Of a DNA stretch of 64,000 bases, positions 19,557-28,434 are shown piece by piece. The notes beneath the pieces were generated by a model. That model was not told the DNA's origin and did not search any database. It worked only from the letters and a program-made list of their open reading frames with translations. Positions within the stretch are counted from its first letter, which is position 1; every line of letters begins with the position of its first letter. Source of the DNA: Promethearchaeia archaeon (lineage in GTDB: Archaea > Asgardarchaeota > Lokiarchaeia > Sigyniarchaeales > SOKP01); NCBI GenBank assembly GCA_029856045.1, contig JAHQWG010000003.1, positions 1 to 64,000 on the forward strand, in the 5' to 3' direction. The position numbers and the translations under genes were made by a program.

Positions 19557-20330
19557 TTATTTTTCTGATTTTTCTTTTTGTAGCCAAATAAAAAAATTGT
19601 CATTATTTGTGGGTCCCCCTAAGATTGAGAATTTTCGGATTTTAAAGTGTTTAGTTAATTTTTTAACTTCTTTTTCTGAAAATAAGTGATAATAGCGAGT
19701 GTAAGATCCTTTATTATTCGATTTTTTCCAAGGTATAATTATATCACCAAATTCTTGTAATCCCTTACCGTATTGAGATTTCCTATATTTAGCGGAGAAT
19801 ATCCTTTTTAACCAATCTTTTATGAAATATTTTCGAAACCTCTTTTGCCATTTTCGCCATACAGATAGGATAAATGAACCATTTTCTATCATTAAGTTTG
19901 GGAGTTTAAGCATAAAATCTGAACGAATTTTTTTGTTGTATAAGTGGTGAATCGAAGCGATTGCAAAGATATGGTCAAATACTTCTTTTCTAAAAGGAAG
20001 GAAAATTAGATCAGACAATATTATTTCGATTTCTCTTGTTTTTAAGCGACTATTCCTATTTCTAATTAATTCATCTCTTTGATTTTTAATAATTTTCAAT
20101 AATTCGATCGAATTATCTAATCCGATTATTCGAAAATCATTTTGTTTACTTCCAATAATTGACATATTCCTACCATTTCCACATCCAGCATCTAAGACTA
20201 TTCCACTAACGTCAAGATTATCTATTATAGATTCATAAAATTCTTTAAACGCTCTCCAGGGCTTCTTCCTTTTCAAATCAAAATCTTTTGCAAAACAATC
20301 ATAAAAATTTTTTTTCAAACTCTTAATCAA
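19557..20330 (-). CDS. Class I SAM methyltransferase, Trm9/ALKBH8-like tRNA methyltransferase
   Basis: LDAGCGNGRN, IASIHHL, SVW, RYYHLFSEKE. Confidence 0.75.
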   Translation of the reverse strand: MIKSLKKNFYDCFAKDFDLKRKKPWRAFKEFYESIIDNLDVSGIVLDAGCGNGRNMSIIGSKQNDFRIIGLDNSIELLKIIKNQRDELIRNRNSRLKTREIEIILSDLIFLPFRKEVFDHIFAIASIHHLYNKKIRSDFMLKLPNLMIENGSFILSVWRKWQKRFRKYFIKDWLKRIFSAKYRKSQYGKGLQEFGDIIIPWKKSNNKGSYTRYYHLFSEKEVKKLTKHFKIRKFSILGGPTNNDNFFIWLQKEKSEK

Positions 20331-20379
20331 GTTTGAAAATATACTAAAATATAAAAAAATATAGATACTTCTATAAAAT

Positions 20380-22050
20380 ATGGAAAATGTTGATAATTTC
20401 TTTCAAACTTTTAATCAAGTGCTTGGAGAAGATCTTTTAACTTATTTTGGAAAATTTTATAATTATTTATCTGATTTATTTGTAGAAGCTTATATTAAAT
20501 TAGAAAATAAGACTAAAAATGATGATTTTATAACTTATAAAAAAAATATTGAAAGTATTTTTGAGGTCATTTCATTAGGATTAAGAACAGTTGGTGTTTC
20601 AAGAGATGAGATTACCTCATTTAAAAATGATTTTCTTAATTCGATTAAAGATAAATATGAAAATATTGAGAAATATAGTCAAATATTAGATTTAATCTTG
20701 AAACCAATAATAGAAGCTTCTCTCATAGAAATTATTATTCAATATCTTATAAGTGAAGATAAAACCCAACTTTTAAATCTCAATGTTTTCAATTTACTTC
20801 CAAGAGGTTTTATTGAGAAAGTTGAGAATTTTAAAGAATCTTATGTCTCACCTCCAATTCTTGTTTTTTTAAAAGGTGATAAAATTAAGAAAGAACCTTC
20901 TCCAATTCCAGTTGAAATTGAGAAAATACCGACAAGATTTATTAAACCTGCAGAAAAAGCTATAATGGACCTTTTAGAAAAACTAAAACAACAAAGAATC
21001 GATAGTGAAAAAATTCTTGAAAAAAAGATTCCTATCGAAAACAAAGATGAAGCCGTGGAGATTTTAAAAAAAATTAGAAGAATTCGAGATGAAGATCTCT
21101 CTCTTATTGAATCAACTGAAGCTAAACAATCAATTGAGGAAATAAAAATAAAAGAATCAGTAGATATTAGAAGTGAAATATTTATTGAATTTTTTGGTAA
21201 TTTTCCTCAATTATCTCCAATTGTTAGAAATAATATTAAAATTAATAATGAAAATTTACAACAATATAATTTTAAAGAGTTTCAAGATTTAGAGACATTC
21301 TATTATTTTATTTGTTCTTTAAAGATGATGGGGTTAGATTTTCCTTATTCTAGAGATGAAATCGTTAATAGATTGCAAAATTTTATCTCTAATAAAATTT
21401 TTTGCACAGGAATTGATTCTGTCCCTGATCCTTTAAATGTTTTTTTTGGAACTGCAATTTTTTCCGAGTTTAGTTTATTATCGCATAAAAGTATTGACAT
21501 CGGAAAGATAAAAAATTTTATTTATGGAGAGCTTTCTGATTTTAATCCCTGGAAATTACATCTAAATACATATTCTTTATTAACTCTTAAAGTTTTAGAA
21601 AAAAATGGAGTTTCTTCCCAAAAATTTTCCCAATTAGAATCCAATTTATTAAAATATGATATAAAAACAGCCGAAGACTATTATCCAAATATAGATTTAT
21701 TTGATAAAATTCTTTCTCTTAAATTATTAAATAATTTTGGTGATTTAAGCGATTTTTCTCAAGAATTTCTCAGACAACTTAAACAAAATATAACAATAAA
21801 TGGGTCTATTAGTTACAATCTTACTGACACTGCAAAATTTTTGTTAATGGCATCTCTATTAAATTTAAATAATGAAATAAAAGAAGAAATAAATCAAATG
21901 AAAAATTACATACAAAATGGAACAACACTCTTTAATAATCCAAAAGATCTCAAAAATTTAAATTGGAATCTTGATAATCTTGGATTTAAAATAGAAATTA
22001 GGATGTTATATTGGATATTATTAGCATTATCTCAATTCCCAAATCCTTAA
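20380..22050 (+). CDS. Hypothetical alpha-helical protein, C-terminal half possibly alpha/alpha-toroid (prenyltransferase-like)
   Basis: 556-aa ORF with helical repeats such as ETFYYFICSLKMMG and TDTAKFLLMASLL. Confidence 0.45.
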   Translation: MENVDNFFQTFNQVLGEDLLTYFGKFYNYLSDLFVEAYIKLENKTKNDDFITYKKNIESIFEVISLGLRTVGVSRDEITSFKNDFLNSIKDKYENIEKYSQILDLILKPIIEASLIEIIIQYLISEDKTQLLNLNVFNLLPRGFIEKVENFKESYVSPPILVFLKGDKIKKEPSPIPVEIEKIPTRFIKPAEKAIMDLLEKLKQQRIDSEKILEKKIPIENKDEAVEILKKIRRIRDEDLSLIESTEAKQSIEEIKIKESVDIRSEIFIEFFGNFPQLSPIVRNNIKINNENLQQYNFKEFQDLETFYYFICSLKMMGLDFPYSRDEIVNRLQNFISNKIFCTGIDSVPDPLNVFFGTAIFSEFSLLSHKSIDIGKIKNFIYGELSDFNPWKLHLNTYSLLTLKVLEKNGVSSQKFSQLESNLLKYDIKTAEDYYPNIDLFDKILSLKLLNNFGDLSDFSQEFLRQLKQNITINGSISYNLTDTAKFLLMASLLNLNNEIKEEINQMKNYIQNGTTLFNNPKDLKNLNWNLDNLGFKIEIRMLYWILLALSQFPNP

Positions 22051-22682
22051 TTTTCAATTATTAATCTTTTCATCTTATTATCATACTTTAAGATGGTTTT
22101 TATAAAATTTCGCGCTGTAGGTTTGATTCTTCCTTTCTCCACATTATTATTCCAAATTTCAATAAATTTACTATTTTCCTTTAATTCTTCTACAACTCTC
22201 TTACCAATTTTTACCCATTTTTTATTACTAATATATGGAGCATTAGCTGAAATGCCTTTACAATATTCTTTTGCTTTTGTTGTATAGAACATCTGAATAT
22301 TGATTTTTGAACTAGAACTTTTTATATTTAATACTTTAAACGTAAAAGGAAATGTTCGACAAAACATAGGGCGTAAATTATAAATTTTACACTTTTTTTC
22401 ATCTAGGAAAATACATTCCCCAGTAGATTTTTTTAATAGCCCAACAAAAGCGTTTCCTTTTTCGGTGATTATCGACGGAATTACCATCTTTTTAAAAAAA
22501 TCATTTGAAATATTTTTTTCATATATATAAAAACCCAAAATTTCTAAAATTTCATTAAAAGATAAATTTAATCCTTTAGTTATTCTTAATATATCAAGAT
22601 AAGTTACATTAACTATTGTTTTTTTATCGGAACAGCAATTCGCGCAATAAACACATCGAAATTTGAAACGATCCTTTTGCAT
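22047..22682 (-). CDS. YkgJ-family cysteine-cluster protein
   Basis: FRCVYCANCC, CIFLD..KCKIYNLRPMFCRTFPF, CKG. Confidence 0.85.
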   Translation of the reverse strand: MQKDRFKFRCVYCANCCSDKKTIVNVTYLDILRITKGLNLSFNEILEILGFYIYEKNISNDFFKKMVIPSIITEKGNAFVGLLKKSTGECIFLDEKKCKIYNLRPMFCRTFPFTFKVLNIKSSSSKINIQMFYTTKAKEYCKGISANAPYISNKKWVKIGKRVVEELKENSKFIEIWNNNVEKGRIKPTARNFIKTILKYDNKMKRLIIEN

Positions 22683-22722
22683 TTTAATATATTAAAATAA
22701 GAAAGAATAGTTTTTAATTAAT

Positions 22723-23049
22723 CTAGAGAAATTCCTTTTTTAACATACTAATAATGTCATCACGATCTGAATTATCAATATCTTTTGCATCTTTACCCAT
22801 TGAGTTGAATTTATCAGGGGGGACTTCATGAAAAAGAGATAGAATTAGGATTATTGCATTTTCAACAAGTTTATAATTATTATATAAATTTTCGATTTCT
22901 TTCTTTTTTTTCAAGAAGCCCATTAAATTTATATAAGTTTGATCTTCCCAAATTTCTGTTTCTTCATCGGTTCTATTTTTTTTGTTAAAAAATTTTAGAA
23001 TTTGGTCATAGGCTTCCAATTCTTTACCGCCGCCGCTAATAGTACTCAA
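22723..23049 (-). CDS. Hypothetical protein
   Basis: 108-aa ORF co-oriented with the YkgJ gene. Confidence 0.6.
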   Translation of the reverse strand: MSTISGGGKELEAYDQILKFFNKKNRTDEETEIWEDQTYINLMGFLKKKKEIENLYNNYKLVENAIILILSLFHEVPPDKFNSMGKDAKDIDNSDRDDIISMLKKEFL

Positions 23050-23129
23050 ACCTTTTTAATATTTTTTTATTATATCAAAAAATTTTTAATAATAGTTCTT
23101 ATATTTCAAATTTTTAAAACTCCTAAAAA

Positions 23130-23154
23130 ATGCGCATAATATGCGCATAATATG
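23130..23154. repeat. Tandem 11-bp repeat ATGCGCATAAT containing palindromic ATGCGCAT, in a divergent intergenic region
   Basis: atgcgcataat atgcgcataat atg read directly. Confidence 0.7.
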
Positions 23155-23328
23155 AACCGATAACCAATTTTGTCGTATATTATTATTACTCCTTGAATAT
23201 TTATTATTTTTGTCGAAAAATAAAACACAAAATTACTCTAATTTGCATATCTTGATTTATCACTAAAAGAACTTTTTTTTTACTAAAATAGTAACCTTTA
23301 ATTAATTTCTAAGCTAATTTTTTAAAAA

Positions 23329-25023
23329 ATGGCATCAGAAACTAATAAGAAAAAAATAAAAAATCATAATATTCTTCTTTATTTAATTAGTTATCTTTTA
23401 ATTTATTTTGTTTCATTTGGTATTCCAGGAATTCTATTCATTGTGTTTATTAATTTTTTTTTTATTCCACATGTGTTAAATGTTTCAAATTTTCTGGATC
23501 TTTTTACAGATCAAAATTCACTTATTTGTTTAATATTATCTCCAATTATTATAATTGTATGTTATTTATTGCATTTACTCATAATAGCCATAAATTTAAA
23601 GTTAATCTATCATTATACAGAGAAAAAAGTTCCTACTAAAGATGGTATAATTCCAAGAGATTTTCCCAATAAAGAATTGCAATTTTATCATGTAAGATCA
23701 TTTATTATGAAATATCCAAAATGGGCTTTTTCAAAAAGTCCATTCCCTTGGCTTACTGTTAAATTATTTAATTTTATTGGTACAAACCAGATGGGAAAAG
23801 GTACAACACTTGAAGAACAAGTCGTTGGTGAGAAATTAATCAAAACGGGAAAAAATTGTTATTTTGGAGTAAATAGTGTTTTAGCTAGCCATTTAGTAGA
23901 AGGAATTTATGGAAATGTGAATCTATTTACCATTAAAGTGGGAAATAATGTTACGTTTCCAGCATTTGGAATGGCAACTCCAGGTACGGAGATTGGTGAT
24001 AATGTTGTTTTACTCCCATTATCAGCTGCTGCAAAACATAATCAATTGAAAGGAAATAACTATTATTTTGGAATCCCAGTAAGAAAAATATTCACTAAAA
24101 AAATAAAAGAATGCACAGGATTAACCGAAAACCAAATCATAAAAAAAAAAAAAAAAAAAAAGATATGTAATGATATGAATGAATCAACTGAATCTATGGA
24201 ACTAACTATCGATGTTCTTACAGGAAGTGGAATGCCTAAGGATGCTTTAAAATTTTTATGGCTTTATATTCCGATTATTTGGTTTGCAGGAACAGTAACT
24301 TTATTTCAATTCACATCCTTTTGGAAGGATTATATTAATATTCCTATACTTTTTTACTTACTATTACCATTTGTGATATTTGGAGATATTTATATTTTTC
24401 TTGGTCTTTCATTGTTTTTTACTAAACTATTATTAATTTTTATAAATCTTATTCATAAACCAAAAGAAGGAATTTTTCACATTAGAGAAGATAGAAGAGT
24501 TTATATTTTTTGGTGCATCAGAAAATTACTAAAAAAATTTGTAATATGGTTTGCAAGAAATACCCCTCTCCCATATGTTGATATTATAGCTTTTAGATGT
24601 TTGGGAGTGAAAGTGAATTTTTCAAATTCAATATTAGACAGCTGGTTAGATTTAGAATTTATTGAAGCTGGAAAAAAGGTTTTTATTGGGCAAGGTTCAA
24701 CGGTTTGTAGTGGCATCGTTGTTGGAAATTATTTAATAATCAAAAGGATAATATTTGAAGATCTCGCTATAGTTGGGGGTCATTCTGTTGTTTCTCCAGG
24801 AACAATTATCCGAAAAAACACAATATTGGGTGCTGCATCAATTACTAGCTTTAATCAAGAATTAGAAAAAGATTGGGTATATATGGGGATTCCAGCAAGA
24901 AAACTTAAACTAAATAAATATGCTGAGAGTAATAGAGAGATTATTATAAAAAAGGACGTCGAATTAAAAGAGACATCTATAGTTAAATATGAAAAAATAG
25001 AAAATAAAGAAGGTGAAAAATAA
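23329..25023 (+). CDS. Membrane protein with two TM plus left-handed beta-helix acyltransferase modules, joined in frame by an A21 tract
   Basis: Hexapeptide repeats (VGNNVT, IGDNVV, IGQGST), YFGIPV / YMGIPA module ends, TM segments. Confidence 0.75.
   Translation: MASETNKKKIKNHNILLYLISYLLIYFVSFGIPGILFIVFINFFFIPHVLNVSNFLDLFTDQNSLICLILSPIIIIVCYLLHLLIIAINLKLIYHYTEKKVPTKDGIIPRDFPNKELQFYHVRSFIMKYPKWAFSKSPFPWLTVKLFNFIGTNQMGKGTTLEEQVVGEKLIKTGKNCYFGVNSVLASHLVEGIYGNVNLFTIKVGNNVTFPAFGMATPGTEIGDNVVLLPLSAAAKHNQLKGNNYYFGIPVRKIFTKKIKECTGLTENQIIKKKKKKKICNDMNESTESMELTIDVLTGSGMPKDALKFLWLYIPIIWFAGTVTLFQFTSFWKDYINIPILFYLLLPFVIFGDIYIFLGLSLFFTKLLLIFINLIHKPKEGIFHIREDRRVYIFWCIRKLLKKFVIWFARNTPLPYVDIIAFRCLGVKVNFSNSILDSWLDLEFIEAGKKVFIGQGSTVCSGIVVGNYLIIKRIIFEDLAIVGGHSVVSPGTIIRKNTILGAASITSFNQELEKDWVYMGIPARKLKLNKYAESNREIIIKKDVELKETSIVKYEKIENKEGEK
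24141..24161 (+). repeat. A21 homopolymer inside the coding region
   Basis: 21 consecutive A, encoding the I-KKKKKKK run. Confidence 0.9.
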
Positions 25024-25853
25024 CGGCGACTCCTGTATCTTTAAAAATAGCTCCTTTTACTGCAAGTGTTATAGCTAAAAAGAGATATTTTATTATATAT
25101 TTCATTTTAATATGGGGAAGTTGCATTCCTCCCATTTTACAATTTTGGTTTTTTTGGAAAATTCTAAATATTAATGAATTATTATTTTTTGCTCTTTTGC
25201 CATTAGAATTTCTTCTTTTTTATTTAATTTTAGTTTTTAGTTCAATATTTTTTGCAAAAATAATCTTAATTTTTGTAAATTTATTTCATAAACCTCGAGA
25301 AGGTGTATTCAAAAGAGATCCGAAAAATAGAGATTATTGTTATTGGAGTCTTCGATCAATGATTATAAAATGGCCAGCATGGATAAGTCATTCATTCCCC
25401 GTTCCTTGGCACGATGTAATTTTAATGAAAGTATTTGGAGTAAAAACTAATTTTTCAAATTCAACTTTTGATGGATGGGTAAATTGTGAATTTATTGAAT
25501 TTGGAAGTAATATATCGGTTGGTCAAGCTGCGATAATATTATCTTCAATGATTATTGGCGATTATTTAATCATTAAAAAAGTTAAAATAGGAGACAATGT
25601 AATCATTGGCTCGCATTCAGTTATTTCACCTGGAACAATTATTGGAAAAAATTGTATCCTTTCTGCATTTTCTTATACTATGGTTGACCAAGAATTAGAA
25701 GAAAGTTGGGTCTATATTGGGATTCCAGCAAAAAAATATAGAGAAAATAAATTCATAAAGGCTGAAAAAGAGTTAAAGATTAAAAAGAAATTAAGTGTAT
25801 CAGAAAAATGGGATAATTTTATTGAAAAAAGAGAAGGTATCACTTCAAAATAA
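25023..25853 (+). CDS. Third TM plus beta-helix acyltransferase paralog; frame open from ACG at 25023 (track start 25197)
   Basis: HKPREGVF..YCYWSLR..., IGDNVIIGSHSVISPG, YIGIPA; upstream in-frame TM segment aligns with paralog module 2. Confidence 0.75.
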   Translation, partial: TATPVSLKIAPFTASVIAKKRYFIIYFILIWGSCIPPILQFWFFWKILNINELLFFALLPLEFLLFYLILVFSSIFFAKIILIFVNLFHKPREGVFKRDPKNRDYCYWSLRSMIIKWPAWISHSFPVPWHDVILMKVFGVKTNFSNSTFDGWVNCEFIEFGSNISVGQAAIILSSMIIGDYLIIKKVKIGDNVIIGSHSVISPGTIIGKNCILSAFSYTMVDQELEESWVYIGIPAKKYRENKFIKAEKELKIKKKLSVSEKWDNFIEKREGITSK

Positions 25854-25897
25854 GAAAATATTAGAATAAATTAAATTTAAAAGAAATTCTCCGTAAA

Positions 25898-26878
25898 TTA
25901 ATCTAATTCCTTTGGAATATATCCATAAGTTTCTTTAAATTTATTTTTAACAGCTTTAAAAGTATATTCTTGAGATTGACCCCCCATTGATTGAACAACA
26001 AAAGAACCAATAACGGATCCTAATTTACAAGCATCTTCTAATGACATTCCTTTAATTAACCCCGTTAAGAAACCAGAACGATAACCATCTCCTGCTCCCG
26101 TTGGGTCAACGACATCATCAACTTTACAGCAGGGAATTTCACACTTAATATTTTGTTCCTTAGAATATAAAATCGAACCCTTTTCACCCTTTGTTATTAT
26201 AACAATTGGAACCAATTTGTAAAGCTCCTCATCAGAGAGGTTAATTTTCTGTTTAATAATCTCAATCTCATTTTCATTGCATATTAATACTTGAGCTTTT
26301 TCAATAACATTAATCAATTCTTGACGTTGAAATAATGGGAGCACTTGTCCGGGGTCAAAAATGAAAGGTATTCCAAGTTCTTTCAACTCTTCTGCAAAAT
26401 GAACCATAGCAGGAACACTCTGAACTGAATTGATAGCATAAAAATATTCACTGGGATCTTTAATTTTTGATTTTAGTGAAAATTCAACGTTTTTGTCCAA
26501 TGCTCCACCATGGAAAGTTATCATTTGATTTTTTGAATTATCATTTATGACAAAACATGCTGCGGTGTATAAATCATCATATATTTCAATAATTTGATTT
26601 ATCTTATCAAATTTATCTATATGCTCCTTATAACCAAGGCTTATAAAATCCTTCCCGACTGAACCACAAATATCACAATGAACACCCAATTTACCAATAT
26701 GATAAGAAATGTTACCTGCCGTCCCTCCAAATTGACAAACTCTAGAACTAGCAGTAACCACTGATTGATATTTACGATTCTCTATATCAATACTAACAGC
26801 ATCTAAGAAGTTTTTATCGAAATCCATAATATAATCATATGCAATAGATCCCAAAACAAGAATTTTTTTCTTAGTCAT
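25898..26878 (-). CDS. PfkB-family carbohydrate/nucleoside kinase
   Basis: GSIAYD, GGTAGN, DPGQ, NENE, DPTGAGDGYRSG. Confidence 0.92.
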   Translation of the reverse strand: MTKKKILVLGSIAYDYIMDFDKNFLDAVSIDIENRKYQSVVTASSRVCQFGGTAGNISYHIGKLGVHCDICGSVGKDFISLGYKEHIDKFDKINQIIEIYDDLYTAACFVINDNSKNQMITFHGGALDKNVEFSLKSKIKDPSEYFYAINSVQSVPAMVHFAEELKELGIPFIFDPGQVLPLFQRQELINVIEKAQVLICNENEIEIIKQKINLSDEELYKLVPIVIITKGEKGSILYSKEQNIKCEIPCCKVDDVVDPTGAGDGYRSGFLTGLIKGMSLEDACKLGSVIGSFVVQSMGGQSQEYTFKAVKNKFKETYGYIPKELD

Positions 26879-27003
26879 ACTATATTTCTTAATTAAATAT
26901 GCTAATATTAAAAATTGATCTTAAAATTGTTGTTGAAATACATATGTGCACTATTTAATGCAAAATCAAAAAACATAAAAGATTTCTAATTTTTTCTTAC
27001 TTA

Positions 27004-28434
27004 ATGGTTGATGATCAACAAGACTTTGACAAATTTGATACTTTATTCCATCCTAAACATATAGCTTTTATTGGAGCTTCAGAAAAATCAGCTCTCGGTT
27101 CTATGCTTTTTTTGAGATCTTTTAAAAACTCTCAATGGTCAGAAACATTTTATCCAGTTAATCCAAGAAGTGAAAAAATTCTTGATTGGAAATGTTATCC
27201 CTCTGTTCTAGATGTTCCATATCCTGTTGACACGGCTTACATTTCCACAAAGACAAAATATATCCCAAAAATAATGAAGGAATGCGTTGATAAAAGAATT
27301 CCTTGGGTGATAATTTTTTCCTCTGGATTTTCTGAGACAGGAGATCCTGAGAGAAAAAAATTAGAAGGGGAAATAGTGGAGATAATTAAAAGAACTGATA
27401 CAAGAGTTATCGGTCCCAATTGTTTAGGACCTTTTAATGGAGAAACGGGGATGGCTTTTACTTTTTCTACTCCATTTGGAGTTCCTGGCTCAGTTTCTTT
27501 TATGAGCCAATCTGGAGGGCACCTCACTCAATTAGTTGATGTGGGTTTCAAACGTGATCTTAGATTTCGATATGGTATTTCATTCGGTAATCAGATAGAT
27601 TTAAATTGTTTAGATTTCTTAAGGCATTTCCGTAGAGATATTAAAACAAAAATAATTGCTATATATTTAGAATCTTTTGGATCCGCAAATGGTCATGAAT
27701 TTTATTTGGAATTGAAAAAGACAACTAAAACTAAACCAGTTATAATTTGGAAAGGTGGATTTACAGAAGATGGTTCTCGTGCGGCCTTTTCACACACAGG
27801 AGCTATGGCTTCAAATCAAAAATTATGGGAATCAATGGTAAAGCAAACAGGGGCCATATTAGTAAAAAATAATGATGAATTTTGGAATATAATAAAAACT
27901 TTAGAATTATTATCCTCAAATCATCTTCCTAATGGAAGAAATGTAGGAATTATCACCCCTGGTGGTGGATCATCGGTAAATGTTACAGATTTATTTGCAT
28001 TTCACAATCTAAAAATTCCTTTATTAACACTAAATTCTCAAGAAAAAATTGCAAATATTTTGCCAGATATTAATGTGAATATCAAGAATCCGATAGACTT
28101 AGGGGCTTCCGGGTTTATATTGGATATCTTTGCAGATTGTATAGAGATTGTAGTTGATGACCCAAATATTGATATAGTTATCGTCCCATTATGGCCAGAT
28201 CATTTGTATCGACATGTTTTCAATAGAATGATTAAAATTCAAAAAAGGATTTCAAAACCATTTGCTTTTTGCTTGCCTAGCATTGCAGATTCTATTGAAT
28301 TGGCAAAAAAATTTAATGGTGTTAAGAAAAATTTACATAAAAACCGTGTTCTTTACTTCTTTTCTTTAAAAGAGGCTGCAAAAAGTATTTCTTTATTTTG
28401 TGATTATTGTGATTATTTAAATTTTGGAAGATAA
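27004..28434 (+). CDS. NDP-forming acyl-CoA synthetase alpha-subunit-like (CoA-binding) protein
   Basis: IGAS, YPVNP, GPNCLG, SQSGG, SHTGA, NPIDL; no ATP-grasp beta domain. Confidence 0.88.
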   Translation: MVDDQQDFDKFDTLFHPKHIAFIGASEKSALGSMLFLRSFKNSQWSETFYPVNPRSEKILDWKCYPSVLDVPYPVDTAYISTKTKYIPKIMKECVDKRIPWVIIFSSGFSETGDPERKKLEGEIVEIIKRTDTRVIGPNCLGPFNGETGMAFTFSTPFGVPGSVSFMSQSGGHLTQLVDVGFKRDLRFRYGISFGNQIDLNCLDFLRHFRRDIKTKIIAIYLESFGSANGHEFYLELKKTTKTKPVIIWKGGFTEDGSRAAFSHTGAMASNQKLWESMVKQTGAILVKNNDEFWNIIKTLELLSSNHLPNGRNVGIITPGGGSSVNVTDLFAFHNLKIPLLTLNSQEKIANILPDINVNIKNPIDLGASGFILDIFADCIEIVVDDPNIDIVIVPLWPDHLYRHVFNRMIKIQKRISKPFAFCLPSIADSIELAKKFNGVKKNLHKNRVLYFFSLKEAAKSISLFCDYCDYLNFGR

